From contig CAYQEC010000002.1 of the NCBI GenBank assembly GCA_964416425.1, positions 38,701-102,700 on the forward strand: DNA of 64,000 nucleotides, in the 5' to 3' direction. Below the pieces are notes generated by a model. That model was not told the origin of the DNA and ran no database searches. It saw nothing but the letters and a program-made list of their open reading frames with translations. The stretch is from an uncultured Acidimicrobiaceae bacterium. Its GTDB lineage: Bacteria; Actinomycetota; Acidimicrobiia; Spongiisociales; UBA5794. Positions 27,158 through 37,638 of this stretch are shown here, piece after piece; position 1 is the stretch's first letter, and every line of letters begins with the position of its first letter. The position numbers and the translations under genes are program-made.

Positions 27158-29476
27158 TCAGGGGACGGGGGCGCGGGCGTCGAGGTAGCTGTCGTCGAGG
27201 GAGAGGTAGAGCTCCTCCTCCTGGTCGAAGTGGAGCCGGAGGATGGCATGGAGGCTGTGCAGCACCCGGCGTACGTCCCGCAGCTCGAGCGGTCCCGGTC
27301 CCTCGCCGCCGATACCCTCAACGAGGCGGTGGTAGAGCCCGGTGAGGTGGAAGATCTCGCCGTGGGTCCGGCTCAGCGGGGCGAGCGGGTCGTCGCCTCC
27401 GATGAGGGCCGTGAGCTGCGGGTACACCTCCCGTTCCTCCTCGGCCTCGTGGGGGAGGATCTCCTCCTGGAGGAAACGGTCCATCCGCTCCAACTCCTCC
27501 CGGGCCTCCGCCGGGGAGATGCGGTCGAGTCGATCGGCCACCACGTCGAGTTGCTCCAGCGCCGGGATGAGGTGGTCGTGCTCGGCGCGGAGCCGCTCCG
27601 ACAGGTCGGCGGGGAGCTGCGGCCGAACCGCCCCGAAGCCGCGATCCCGTAGTGCCCGCAATGCGATGAGGATGGCGATCACGTCGATCCCCTCCTGGAG
27701 CAGCGCTCCGAACACGGGGGGCAGCAAACCAACCGCGGCCGCGACCATGGCGGCGAGTGACAGTCCCATCCCGGTCAGGGCACTCTGGGTCGCGATGCGG
27801 CGAGACCGCTGCGCGATCGTGATCGCCTCGGCGAGGCGATCGAGCCGATCGACCACCAGCACCGCGTCCGCCGCTTCCGACGACGAGGTGGCACCGCGGG
27901 CGCCCATCGCCACGCCGACGTCGGCGGCGGCCAAGGCCGGGGCGTCGTTGATGCCGTCACCGACCATCACCGTCGTCCCCTCGGTCACCGCCCGGCGCAC
28001 CGCGTCGACCTTCTCCTCGGGGGAGCGTTCGGCGAGCACCTGGTCGACGGCGATGGCGGCCCCGACAGACTCGGCGACCATGGGATGGTCGCCGGTGGCC
28101 ATGATCACCCGCTTGATGCCGGCACGCCGCAACAGGCGCAAGGTGCGAGGGGTGTCGGTGCGGAGTGGGTCGTCGAGTTCGAAGACGCCGGCGGGGACCC
28201 CGTCGACGGCGACGAAGACGCCCATGGTGGGCTCCCGGGCCGCCCGCCGCTTGTACGACAGCAGCTCCTTCCGGCCCCCCTCGTTCTCGGCGACCCAGTC
28301 GAGGCTCCCGACCGACACCCGGTGCCCGTCGACGGTGCCGGACACCCCGGCGCCGGGGACCTCCGTGACGTCGCTCGGGAAGACGAGATGGAGCCCGCGC
28401 TGGCGGGCCGCCTTGACGAGCGCGGTTGCGAGGAGGTGGTTCGACATCTGATCCAGCGACGCCGCCAGGTGGAGGAGCTCTCCGACGTCGTTCCATTCCC
28501 CGAACAACACCGCACCCGCAATCCGGGGCTGGCCCATGGTGAGGGTCCCGGTCTTGTCGATGATGAGGATGTCGGCGACGGCGAGGCGTTCCAGCACCCC
28601 CCCACCCTTGATGATGATCCCGCGGCGGGCCGCCCGGGAGATGCCCGAGACGATGGCGATCGGCACCGCCAGCAGCAGCGGGCACGGCGTCGCCACCACC
28701 AACACGGCGAGGGCCCGCACCGGGTCACCGCTGACGACCCATGCCCCGCCCGCCATCACCAGGGTGAGAGGGACGAACCCGAGGGCGTACTTGTCCGCCA
28801 GGCGCGATGTCGGGGCTTTGGATTCCTGCGCCGTCTTCACCAGGCGGATGATCCCGGCATAGGTACTGTGCTCAGCGGTGGCGGTGGCGTACATCTGGAG
28901 CGACCCGGCGGCGTTGACCGTGCCGCTCTGCACCCGATCGCCTTCCCCTCGCTCGACGGGACGGGCCTCGCCGGTGAGGGCGGACTCGTCGACCACGGCG
29001 ACCCCCTCCGCCACCACCCCGTCAACCGGGATGACCTCGCCGGGCTTCACCACCAGGCGGTCGCCGGGGGCCACGTCGTCGATGGCGATGGTGACGAGCG
29101 AGCCGTCCTCGAAGCGGTGGGCCACCTTGGGGGCTCGCGCCAGGAGGGCAGTCAGGTCCCGTTCCGCCCGGGCGGCGGCGTAGCCGTCCAGCGCCTGTCC
29201 GGTCGCCAGCATCAGCCCGATGATGGCGGTGGTGAGGAACTCACCGAGGGCGAGCGCGCCGCCGATGGCGAGGAGCGCCACGATGTCGAGCCCGACCTCC
29301 CGCCGCCGGATGCTCTCGACGAATCCGAGGATCAGTGGAGCCAGCGCCACCGCCCCGGTGGCGGCCCAGATCACGTCGGCGGCGCTCGAAGCTCCGACCG
29401 CCCACGACACCGCCCCACCCACCAGCCCGGCAACGGCGAGGGCGAGAACGAGGCGGGTTCCTGTCTTTGACGTCAC
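27158..29476 (-). CDS. P1B-5-type P-type ATPase (PCP motif) with C-terminal hemerythrin-like domain
   Basis: DKTGTLT phosphorylation motif, [17 protein letters not shown]6 ATPCPLLLA (PCP not CPC); no N-terminal heavy-metal-binding domain; C-terminal hemerythrin HHE-type motifs (HDHL...PHEAEEE...HGEIFHL...[17 protein letters not shown]). Confidence 0.85.
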   Translation of the reverse strand: MTSKTGTRLVLALAVAGLVGGAVSWAVGASSAADVIWAATGAVALAPLILGFVESIRRREVGLDIVALLAIGGALALGEFLTTAIIGLMLATGQALDGYAAARAERDLTALLARAPKVAHRFEDGSLVTIAIDDVAPGDRLVVKPGEVIPVDGVVAEGVAVVDESALTGEARPVERGEGDRVQSGTVNAAGSLQMYATATAEHSTYAGIIRLVKTAQESKAPTSRLADKYALGFVPLTLVMAGGAWVVSGDPVRALAVLVVATPCPLLLAVPIAIVSGISRAARRGIIIKGGGVLERLAVADILIIDKTGTLTMGQPRIAGAVLFGEWNDVGELLHLAASLDQMSNHLLATALVKAARQRGLHLVFPSDVTEVPGAGVSGTVDGHRVSVGSLDWVAENEGGRKELLSYKRRAAREPTMGVFVAVDGVPAGVFELDDPLRTDTPRTLRLLRRAGIKRVIMATGDHPMVAESVGAAIAVDQVLAERSPEEKVDAVRRAVTEGTTVMVGDGINDAPALAAADVGVAMGARGATSSSEAADAVLVVDRLDRLAEAITIAQRSRRIATQSALTGMGLSLAAMVAAAVGLLPPVFGALLQEGIDVIAILIALRALRDRGFGAVRPQLPADLSERLRAEHDHLIPALEQLDVVADRLDRISPAEAREELERMDRFLQEEILPHEAEEEREVYPQLTALIGGDDPLAPLSRTHGEIFHLTGLYHRLVEGIGGEGPGPLELRDVRRVLHSLHAILRLHFDQEEELYLSLDDSYLDARAPVP

Positions 29477-29654
29477 CGGTCATCCTCTCCGCGGCATCCG
29501 GCGATGTGAGGATATCCCGCCGCCACCTGGCTCACCAGGTGAGGAGGGAAGCCCGGGGGGCGGCTCCGGGCCGGGAACGAGTCGTCGGTCGTCACGATGG
29601 GGCGCTCGAGTACCGGCGCCGGGATCGATCGGGGGCGAATGCTAGATTCACGAC

Positions 29655-30629
29655 ATGGCCTTTCCCTTTCCGACCGGCGCCCGTGTCTACGTCGCGGGCC
29701 ACCGTGGCCTCGTTGGCTCCGCCGTGGTGCGACGCCTGGAACGAGAGGGTTTCTCGACGCTGTTGACGCCGACCCGCGACGAGGTCGACCTGCTCCGCCA
29801 GGACGCGGTGGAGCGCTTCTTCACATCGGAACGCCCCGAGTATGTGTTCCTCGTCGCCGGGACCGTTGGCGGGATCATGGCCAACAGCACCCGCCCGGCA
29901 GACTTCGTCTACGACAACCTCATGATCGCCGCCAACGTGATCGCAGCCGCCCACCGCTTTGACGTCACCCGGCTCCTCTACCTCGGCAGCTCCTGCATCT
30001 ACCCGAAGCTGGCCCGCCAGCCGATGAGCGAGGATCAGCTCCTCGGCGGCTACTTGGAGCCCAGCAATCAGCCGTACGCCATCGCGAAGATCGCCGGCAT
30101 CGAGCTGACCGAGTCCTACCGGCGCCAGTACGGCAACGACTTCATCTCGGCCATGCCAACCAACCTCTATGGTCCGGGGGACAACTTCCACCCCACCGAC
30201 TCGCACGTGGCGGCGGCCCTGATGCGGCGCTTCCATGAAGCCAAGCTGCGCGGCGACCGCGAGGTGGTGGTGTGGGGGTCTGGGTCGCCGAAGCGGGAGT
30301 TCCTCTACGTCGACGATCTCGCTGACGCCTGTGTCTACCTCATGCGCCACTATGCCGGGCCCGGGCACCTCAACGTCGGGACCGGAGAAGAAATCTCGAT
30401 CCGGGAGCTGGCCGAACTCATCCGCTCGATCGTGGCGCCTGATACCGAGCTGGTGTGGGACACCTCCAAGCCCGATGGGACTCCGCGCAAGCTGCTCGAC
30501 GTGAGCCGGCTGCACCAGCTCGGATGGCGGCATCAGACGACACTGGAGGCAGGGCTCCGGGCAACCTACGAGTGGTTTGCGGCGCACTACACCGGAGACA
30601 CCGAGGGAAGGGGAGTGCGGGGTGACTGA
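29655..30629 (+). CDS. fcl: GDP-L-fucose synthase (GDP-4-keto-6-deoxy-D-mannose 3,5-epimerase/4-reductase)
   Basis: [27 protein letters not shown] active-site motif. Confidence 0.9.
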   Translation: MAFPFPTGARVYVAGHRGLVGSAVVRRLEREGFSTLLTPTRDEVDLLRQDAVERFFTSERPEYVFLVAGTVGGIMANSTRPADFVYDNLMIAANVIAAAHRFDVTRLLYLGSSCIYPKLARQPMSEDQLLGGYLEPSNQPYAIAKIAGIELTESYRRQYGNDFISAMPTNLYGPGDNFHPTDSHVAAALMRRFHEAKLRGDREVVVWGSGSPKREFLYVDDLADACVYLMRHYAGPGHLNVGTGEEISIRELAELIRSIVAPDTELVWDTSKPDGTPRKLLDVSRLHQLGWRHQTTLEAGLRATYEWFAAHYTGDTEGRGVRGD

Positions 30630-31674
30630 ACGACCCGAACGGAATGGGAGGACCGCCCTCATCACGGGAATCACCGGTCAGGACGGCTCGTACCTGGCCG
30701 AGCTATTGCTCGCCAAGGGGTACGAGGTGTGGGGCACGATCCGCCGATCGTCATCGTTCAACACCGGCCGGATCGACCACATCTACCAGGATCCGCACGA
30801 GCCCGATCTCCGCCTCCGGCTCGTCTATTCGGAGCTGGGCGACTCCTCGGCGGTCAACCACCTTATCAGGACCGCTCGGCCGGATGAGATCTACAACCTC
30901 GGCGCCCAGTCGCACGTCAAAGTGTCATTCGACGTTCCCGAGTACACCGGCAACATCACCGGACTAGGGACGTTGCGGCTCCTTGAAGCCATCAGGGACG
31001 CCGGCCTCGAGACGCGCTTCTACCAGGCATCGTCCTCGGAGATGTACGGCAAAGTCGTGGAGATTCCCCAGTCGGAGACGACGCCGTTCCATCCCCGCAG
31101 CCCGTATGCGGCCGCCAAGGTCTACGCCTTCCACATCACCCGCAACTATCGGGAGGCCTACGGAACCTTCGCCGCCAACGGGATCCTCTTCAACCATGAG
31201 TCCCCGCGCCGCGGCGAGACCTTTGTGACCCGCAAGATCACCCGCGCCGTTGCCGCCATCAAGCGGGGACGGCAACGCCCCGTGCACCTCGGAAACCTCG
31301 ACGCCGAGCGCGACTGGGGCTATGCCGGCGACTACGTCGAGGCGATGTGGCTGATCCTGCAGCAGGACGAACCCGACGACTACGTGATCGGAACCGGCGA
31401 GAAGCACTCGGTCCGGGAGTTCTGCGAGAAGGCCTTCGCCTTCGCCGGGATGCCGATCGAATGGCGCGGCGAGGGAGTCGAGGAGGTCGGGATGGATCCG
31501 GCGGGCAGGGTCCTGGTGCGGGTCGACCCCCGCTACTTCCGCCCGGCCGAGGTCGAGTTGCTGCTCGCCGATCCCACCAAGGCCCGCGAGAAGCTCGGCT
31601 GGGAGGCAAAGGTCGGATTCGACGAGCTGGTCGCCCTCATGGTCGAAGCGGACCTACGGGAAACGAGTCCCTGA
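30622..31674 (+). CDS. gmd: GDP-mannose 4,6-dehydratase
   Basis: [31 protein letters not shown]; GTG 30622 overlaps the fcl stop (GTGA). Confidence 0.9.
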   Translation: MTERPERNGRTALITGITGQDGSYLAELLLAKGYEVWGTIRRSSSFNTGRIDHIYQDPHEPDLRLRLVYSELGDSSAVNHLIRTARPDEIYNLGAQSHVKVSFDVPEYTGNITGLGTLRLLEAIRDAGLETRFYQASSSEMYGKVVEIPQSETTPFHPRSPYAAAKVYAFHITRNYREAYGTFAANGILFNHESPRRGETFVTRKITRAVAAIKRGRQRPVHLGNLDAERDWGYAGDYVEAMWLILQQDEPDDYVIGTGEKHSVREFCEKAFAFAGMPIEWRGEGVEEVGMDPAGRVLVRVDPRYFRPAEVELLLADPTKAREKLGWEAKVGFDELVALMVEADLRETSP

Positions 31675-31714
31675 ACCTGCCGGCCGCGATGCCCGGGGGC
31701 GCCGTCGCTGCCGA

Positions 31715-32035
31715 TCAGACGTTCTCGATCTCGGCGAGGCGGGCTCGCAGCTCTGCCAGGTCCCGTGCCAGCTCCGTCTCGGACAGCGCTTCCTGCCGCC
31801 GTCGCCTCCGGCCGGCCCGGCGCCGCCGGTGGTCGACCTCGACGTAAACGGAATCGCCGGAGAGGTCGATACTGACCCGGCCCTGCAGCGCCCGGGCCCT
31901 CGCCTGGAGGGCCCGGAGCTGCTCCCGCAGATCGAGACGTTCCGTCACCGCCGAGGCGGGCAGGTTGTCGAGGCGCTTCGCCGTCTCGAGGAGCCGGCGG
32001 ACGACGTCTGCGAGGTCGGTGTCCATACCTTTCAT
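31715..32035 (-). CDS. small hypothetical coiled-coil protein (106 aa) at the distal end of the two-component/ABC module
   Basis: ATG 32035; MKGMDTDLADVVRRLLETAKRLDNL... helical, Arg-rich centre; stop 31715. Confidence 0.45.
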   Translation of the reverse strand: MKGMDTDLADVVRRLLETAKRLDNLPASAVTERLDLREQLRALQARARALQGRVSIDLSGDSVYVEVDHRRRRAGRRRRRQEALSETELARDLAELRARLAEIENV

Positions 32036-32048
32036 TGTATGTCGGGAA

Positions 32049-34604
32049 TCACTCGTAGGAAATGGCCTCCAGCACGTTGAGCTTGGCCGCCTTGCGGGAG
32101 GGAGCGATTGATGCGACCACGCCGACCAAGGCTCCGAACACCACCAGGCCGATGATCTGGACGAGCGGAATCGACAGTTCCGTGATGCCCTGATCGCCGA
32201 GGGCGGAGGTGACGGCGGCGCCAAACACCAGCCCAACCACGATGCCGAGCAGGGCCCCGATGATGGCCACGATGATCGACTCCCACAGCACCATACGGCG
32301 AACCTGCCAGCGGGTCATGCCGACGGCCCGCAGCAGGCCGATCTCGCGGGTGCGCTCGAAGATCGACAGCACCAGGGTGTTGGTGATGCCGATGAGGGCG
32401 ATGATGACGGCCAGGATGAGCAGAGCGTTGAACATCACGAGGAAGGTGTTCACCTGGTCCTCCTGTGACTGCCGGTACTCGACCTGGTCCCGCACCGTCA
32501 CGTTCGGGTAGTCGGCGGCAGCGGCGTCGAGGGCGGCGCGGGCCGCCTGTTGCGAGACCCCGTCGGCGGTCTTGACCGCCAGCACGAAGTCGGTGTCGGT
32601 GCCGTAGCCGGAGAAGTTCTGCTCGTAGAAGTCGAGCCCGACGAGGAACGAACTCTGCACCACGTTCTGCTCGCCGTAAATGCCGACGATTTCGACCTGC
32701 TGCAGCCCGGTGGTGTTGAAGCCCATCGGGATCCTGTCACCCAGGCTCCACCCTTCGTCGTCGGCGGTGCCCTCGTACACGAAGACGCCGCCGGCGGCGA
32801 GATCGTCAAGGCTGCCTTGTTTGATGTCGAGGAAGATCGTCTGGTCGGCGGTCGTGGCGTCGATGCCCATGAGCATCTGGTCGGTGCCGTCCTCGTCCCA
32901 GTACCCCACACGAAGGTTGGTGACCGCCGCGAAGTCCGGGTTCTCCCGCAACGTGTTGCCGAGGTCGGGGCTGAACCCGCCGGCGAAGCCGTCGACGCTG
33001 AGCACGTAGTCGGCACGCAGCCCGTGCTCGATGGCAGCTCCGGTGGAGGCCTTGATCGAGTCGCCGAGCACGAAGAAGAACGCCACCAGAGCGAGGCCGA
33101 TCATCAGCGCCGACGCCGTGGTGGCGGTGCGCCGCGGCTTACGGATCGAGTTGTCGACCGCGAGGGATCCGGTGACCCGGTCGGCACGCCGGAGCGGGAG
33201 CCCCAGTGCCAAGGCGATGGGTTTGACCACCGTCGAACTCAGCATCGACACTGCAAGGAACACGATCAGCGACCCGAGCCCGACCATGGCGAGCTCGTTG
33301 AGCGGCCCAAACACCTTGCCGGCGAGCCCGAATCCGATGAGGACGCTGCCTATCAGCAGCGAGACCAACCCGACGGCGATGCGCCGACGCGGCGACATGC
33401 GGAGCCGGATGTCGGTGTCGCGCAGGGCGGCCACCGGCGGAATGCGGGAGGCCCGGATCGCCGGCAGCACCGCGGCGCCCACCGTGACCAGGATGCCCAC
33501 CGCCAGGGACACGATGATGGTGCGGGCCGCCAGCGGCGCTGTGGACGAGGGCATGTCGAAGCCGATCCCGCTCATGATCCCGGTCAACCCGATCGAGATG
33601 AGGAATCCGAAGGCGATGCCCACGATCGAGGCGACCAGCGCCACCAGCAGCGCCTCGATCACCACCATCCACACCACCTGGGTTCCGGTGGCGCCGACAG
33701 CCCGCAACAGGGCGAGCTCGCGCTGCCGTTGCCGGACGATGATGCGGAACGTGTTCTGGATGATGAACGAGGCGACGAACACCGCCACCAGCGCGAAGAC
33801 GAGCAGCGCGGTGCGTAGGAAGCCGAGCGACTCTTGGAGCTGCGCGGAAGCCTCGGCGGATTGGTCGGCGGCGGTGACGGCTTCCAGGCCCTGCGGCAGG
33901 GCCTGGGCGATCCGGTCGCGGAGCACGGCCGGGTCGATCCCCTCGTCCCCCAGCACTGTGATCGAGCTCAGCTCACCCTCGAGGCCGAACAGGGTCTGGG
34001 CCTCGGGCAGGATGAAGGCGGCGTAGGTGGCTCCGGCCACGTTGTCGGTTTCGCCGAACCCGACGATGCCGACGAGCTGGTACTGCCCGACTCCTCCGGG
34101 CGTCTGGATCGTGACCGTGTCGCCTACCTGCAGGTCGTTGTCGTGGGCCGTGGCGGCATCGATGGCGACCTCGCCGGATGTTTCGGGTCCCCGTCCCTCC
34201 CGGAGCTCGGTATTGCCGGCGAGACGCGGGTCCTCGATCCACGAGCCGCCAAGGGTCGGCGGGCCCATCGGCACGATGGCGTCCCCGTTCTTGTCGTAGA
34301 TCACGGCGAAGCCGTCGGCGTTGCCGCTGGCGGCGGCGACCCCGGGCACCGCCCGGACCGTCTCCAGGAGCTGCTCGTCGAACGGGGGCGGTCCCTCGTA
34401 CCCGGCCGAGTACTCGGTCTGCGACTGCACGATGACGTCCTGTCCGGCGTAGACGTTGTCGAACAGGTCGGTGAAGGTGACGTTGATGGTGTCGGTGAAG
34501 ATGTAGGTGCCGGCGATGAAGCCGACGCCGATCATCACCGAAAGGGCGGTCGAGAGCAGCCTGAGCTTGTGACCCATGATGCCCTTCAAGGTCGTCTTGA
34601 TCAT
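32049..34604 (-). CDS. ABC transporter permease, FtsX family (MacB/DevC-like, two FtsX modules, 851 aa)
   Basis: N-terminal TM plus large extracytoplasmic domain, two 4-TM FtsX blocks (LRAVGATGTQVVWMVVIEAL, LRAVGMTRWQVRRMVLWESI). Confidence 0.85.
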   Translation of the reverse strand: MIKTTLKGIMGHKLRLLSTALSVMIGVGFIAGTYIFTDTINVTFTDLFDNVYAGQDVIVQSQTEYSAGYEGPPPFDEQLLETVRAVPGVAAASGNADGFAVIYDKNGDAIVPMGPPTLGGSWIEDPRLAGNTELREGRGPETSGEVAIDAATAHDNDLQVGDTVTIQTPGGVGQYQLVGIVGFGETDNVAGATYAAFILPEAQTLFGLEGELSSITVLGDEGIDPAVLRDRIAQALPQGLEAVTAADQSAEASAQLQESLGFLRTALLVFALVAVFVASFIIQNTFRIIVRQRQRELALLRAVGATGTQVVWMVVIEALLVALVASIVGIAFGFLISIGLTGIMSGIGFDMPSSTAPLAARTIIVSLAVGILVTVGAAVLPAIRASRIPPVAALRDTDIRLRMSPRRRIAVGLVSLLIGSVLIGFGLAGKVFGPLNELAMVGLGSLIVFLAVSMLSSTVVKPIALALGLPLRRADRVTGSLAVDNSIRKPRRTATTASALMIGLALVAFFFVLGDSIKASTGAAIEHGLRADYVLSVDGFAGGFSPDLGNTLRENPDFAAVTNLRVGYWDEDGTDQMLMGIDATTADQTIFLDIKQGSLDDLAAGGVFVYEGTADDEGWSLGDRIPMGFNTTGLQQVEIVGIYGEQNVVQSSFLVGLDFYEQNFSGYGTDTDFVLAVKTADGVSQQAARAALDAAAADYPNVTVRDQVEYRQSQEDQVNTFLVMFNALLILAVIIALIGITNTLVLSIFERTREIGLLRAVGMTRWQVRRMVLWESIIVAIIGALLGIVVGLVFGAAVTSALGDQGITELSIPLVQIIGLVVFGALVGVVASIAPSRKAAKLNVLEAISYE

Positions 34605-34608
34605 GGCG

Positions 34609-35361
34609 TCAGGCTCCGAAGCTCTTCATGCGGTCGAGGACCGCGTCGGACGTGGGATCGAGCATCTCGTCGACGATCTGTCCGTCGTCGAGGAACACGA
34701 TGCGGTCGGCGTAGCTGGAGGTGACCGGGTCGTGGGTCACCATGACGATGGTCTGCCCGAACTCCTTGACGGCGCGCCGCATGAAGCTGAGCAGCTCACC
34801 GCTCGCCTTCGAGTCGAGGTTGCCACTCGGCTCGTCGGCGAAGATGATCTCCGGTTGGGAGACGAGGGCACGAGCCGCGGCCACCCGCTGCTGTTGACCG
34901 CCGGAGAGTTCGGTGGGGCGGTGGGCGAGCCGATCCGACAGCCCGACGGTGGCGATCACCTGGTCGTACCAGGCGGCGTCCGGCTTGGCGCCGGCGATCG
35001 AGAGCGGGAGCAGGATGTTCTCGCGAGCGTTGAGGGTGGGGATGAGGTTGTAGGCCTGGAACACGAAGCCCACCTGCCGGCGGCGCAGCAGGGTGAGTTC
35101 CCGGTCGTTGAGGGACCCGAGTTCGACGTCCCCGAGGTAGACCTTGCCGTCGGTGAGGGTGTCGAGGCCGGCGATGCAGTGCAGCAGCGTCGACTTGCCC
35201 GAGCCGGACGGTCCCATGATGGCGGTGAAGCGGCCCTGTTCGAACCCGACCGTGACCCCCCGCAGGGCGTGGACCTGAGCGTCGCCCTTGCCGTAGATCT
35301 TGGTCCCCCCTTCCATCCTGGCGGCGACGCGAGTGGACGTCGTGGGAGATGGTGTGGTCAT
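34609..35361 (-). CDS. ABC transporter ATP-binding protein (MacB/LolD-type)
   Basis: Walker A GPSGSGKST, signature LSGGQQQRVAAARAL, Walker B IIFADEPSGNLD. Confidence 0.85.
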   Translation of the reverse strand: MTTPSPTTSTRVAARMEGGTKIYGKGDAQVHALRGVTVGFEQGRFTAIMGPSGSGKSTLLHCIAGLDTLTDGKVYLGDVELGSLNDRELTLLRRRQVGFVFQAYNLIPTLNARENILLPLSIAGAKPDAAWYDQVIATVGLSDRLAHRPTELSGGQQQRVAAARALVSQPEIIFADEPSGNLDSKASGELLSFMRRAVKEFGQTIVMVTHDPVTSSYADRIVFLDDGQIVDEMLDPTSDAVLDRMKSFGA

Positions 35362-35478
35362 GTGCCTTCCCCTTCGGTTGATGTGGCACCGTCAAGGTAC
35401 GGGGTGAGATGCGCCGCGTCGTCAGCCGCCAGGCCGATATCCGGATCGTTCGCGGGGATGAGCCGGGGGCGAGGGAGG

Positions 35479-36162
35479 TCAGTCGGGAGGGTCGCCAGGG
35501 ACGACGAGGCCCGACTCGTATGCCATCACCACAGCCTGGACCCGATCCCGCAGGTCGAGCTTGGTGAGGATGTGCGAGATGTGGGTTTTCACCGTGGTCT
35601 CCGACACGAAGAGTGCCTCGGCGATCTCGGCGTTGGAGAGGCCGCGGGCGAGGTGGCGCAGCACCTCCTGTTCCCGCTCGGTGAGGCGCTCCATCGCGGC
35701 CGACGGGTGGGCCCCCGCCGGGACCCGGGCGAACTCGGCGAGGAGACGCCGGGTGACGGAAGGGGCGAGCAGGGCGTCGCCGCCGGCGACGATCCGGATC
35801 GCCGCCACCAGATCGTCGGGCGGGGTGTCTTTGAGCAGGAACCCGCTGGCGCCGGCCCGCAACGCCTCGAACACGTACTCGTCGAGGTCGAAGGTGGTGA
35901 GGATGAGAACCCGGGGGCAGTGCCCACCGGGCCGCGGCGACGCGCACAGCTCACGGGTGGCGTCGAGGCCATCCATCTCCGGCATGCGGATGTCCATCAG
36001 GACCACGTCGGGCCGGAGGCGCCGCGCCTCGGCGACTGCCTCGATCCCGTTGGCGGCCTCTCCGACCACGAGGAGGTCGTCCTCGGCCTCGAGGATCATC
36101 ACGAACCCGGCCCGCACCAGAGCCTGGTCGTCGACCACGAGGACACGAACCGGCTCGCTCAC
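35479..36162 (-). CDS. response regulator, NarL/LuxR family
   Basis: REC domain (VLVVDDQALVR...D...MDIRMP) plus LuxR helix-turn-helix (LTEREQEVLRHLARGLSNAEIAEALFVSETTVKTH). Confidence 0.9.
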   Translation of the reverse strand: MSEPVRVLVVDDQALVRAGFVMILEAEDDLLVVGEAANGIEAVAEARRLRPDVVLMDIRMPEMDGLDATRELCASPRPGGHCPRVLILTTFDLDEYVFEALRAGASGFLLKDTPPDDLVAAIRIVAGGDALLAPSVTRRLLAEFARVPAGAHPSAAMERLTEREQEVLRHLARGLSNAEIAEALFVSETTVKTHISHILTKLDLRDRVQAVVMAYESGLVVPGDPPD

Positions 36163-37340
36163 AGGGCACCGAGCGGGAGTTCGGCACGGACCCGGTAGCC
36201 ACCGCCGCGGCGGGGTCCGGCGGTGAGATTGCCTCCGAGCAGGGAGACGCGCTCACGCATCCCGACCAGGCCATGGCCGTATTCGCCGGGTGTCGCCAGC
36301 TCCTCGGCCGCACCTCTTCCATCGTCGTTGATCTCGATCGTGATGCGGTCGGGCTGGTAGATGAGACGGAGGGAGGCCCGGGTGTCGGGGCCGCCATGCT
36401 TGAGAGCGTTGGTGAGCGATTCTTGGATGATCCGGAACGCGTTGAGGTCGATCCCCGGCGGCAGCGGCCGGGCGTCGCCTTCGATGGCCAACTCCACCGG
36501 AAGGCCGGCTTCCTCGAGTTGCGTCACGAGCTGAGTGATCCGCACCAGTCCCGGCTGTGGGGTCCGGGCCTCCGGGAGGCTGGTGCGTAGCATTCCGAGC
36601 AGACGTCGCATCTCGGTGAGAGCCTCGTGACCTGCCTGTTCGACTGCTTCGAGCGCGATCTCCGCCTTGGCGGGGTCGCGGTGGAGGGTGCGGCGGGCGG
36701 CGGCCGCCTGTACCGTCATCACCGTCATGTCGTGGGCGACGACGTCGTGCAGCTCCCGAGCGATGCGGATCCGCTCTTCCGTCACGGCCTCACGGGCCCG
36801 CTCCTCTCGGTCGCGTTCGGCGGCGGAGGCGCGGCGCTCCAGATCCTGGGTGCGGAGCTGCCGCAGCGACACCTCCCGGCCGAGGAGCCAGGCGAAGAGG
36901 CTGAATGCGCCCATCGTCAGCAGGCTGTCGGGGGCGACGTCGCTCTGGATGAGCACACCGAGCCCGGTCCAAGCCAGCGCCGTGCCGATGCTGACGAACG
37001 CGACAACGCGGGATCGTTGCGGCGGGAGGTTGGAGCCGACGGCGTGGAGCGCCACGCCGAGCCCGAACATCGACATGGTGTCCGGATAGGCGAGGGCGAC
37101 CTCGATCATCCATGCGATCTGCACCGTCGCCATCACCGTTGTCGGGTAGCGCCGCCGCAGCGCCAGTGGCAGCGCCGCCAACAGGATGAGGATGATCAGC
37201 CAGGCGTCGGGCCGGCGGTAGGACTCGTCGAGGGTCGTCCCCGAGTAGGCGTTGAGACCGCTCAACACCAGCACCGCCAAGCCGGCGGCCACCGCGCCGT
37301 CGATCAGGTAGCGACCTCTAGGCCCCTCCAGGATGTGCAT
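36159..37340 (-). CDS. sensor histidine kinase (HisKA_3 type, NarL-family partner)
   Basis: 5-6 TM N-terminus, H-box RIARELHDVVAHDMT, HATPase_c region; stop overlaps the RR start (ATGA). Confidence 0.85.
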   Translation of the reverse strand: MHILEGPRGRYLIDGAVAAGLAVLVLSGLNAYSGTTLDESYRRPDAWLIILILLAALPLALRRRYPTTVMATVQIAWMIEVALAYPDTMSMFGLGVALHAVGSNLPPQRSRVVAFVSIGTALAWTGLGVLIQSDVAPDSLLTMGAFSLFAWLLGREVSLRQLRTQDLERRASAAERDREERAREAVTEERIRIARELHDVVAHDMTVMTVQAAAARRTLHRDPAKAEIALEAVEQAGHEALTEMRRLLGMLRTSLPEARTPQPGLVRITQLVTQLEEAGLPVELAIEGDARPLPPGIDLNAFRIIQESLTNALKHGGPDTRASLRLIYQPDRITIEINDDGRGAAEELATPGEYGHGLVGMRERVSLLGGNLTAGPRRGGGYRVRAELPLGAL

Positions 37341-37516
37341 CGCCACGATCGTATCCGGACCGGGCTCGGGACGCATCGGCCGTGGGGACGATCCGGCGCT
37401 TGACCGGGGGCGCTTTCCGATTCCAGGGAGGGTCGCGGTCCGGTTTCTCTGGGCAGCGGGGGACCTGGTGCGGTAGAGTCGTGGACGAGCCCGATATCGC
37501 GGGGCAGACCAACATC

Positions 37517-37533
37517 GCGTGCGAGGCGCACGC
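37517..37533 (+). promoter_or_regulatory. perfect 7-bp inverted repeat GCGTGCG-agg-CGCACGC upstream of the sugar-ABC ATPase gene (candidate operator)
   Basis: Palindrome sits about 105 nt upstream of GTG 37639 in a 300-nt intergenic region. Confidence 0.3.
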
Positions 37534-37638
37534 TGCGTTGGCAGATGATCGTGCCTCTCGACGGTTTCCGGGTCGGTAGGTGCCGGCTCGGTTCGGTTGG
37601 AGTGAGCCCGGCCGTTCGCACTGCTGAAGGAGGAGCCT

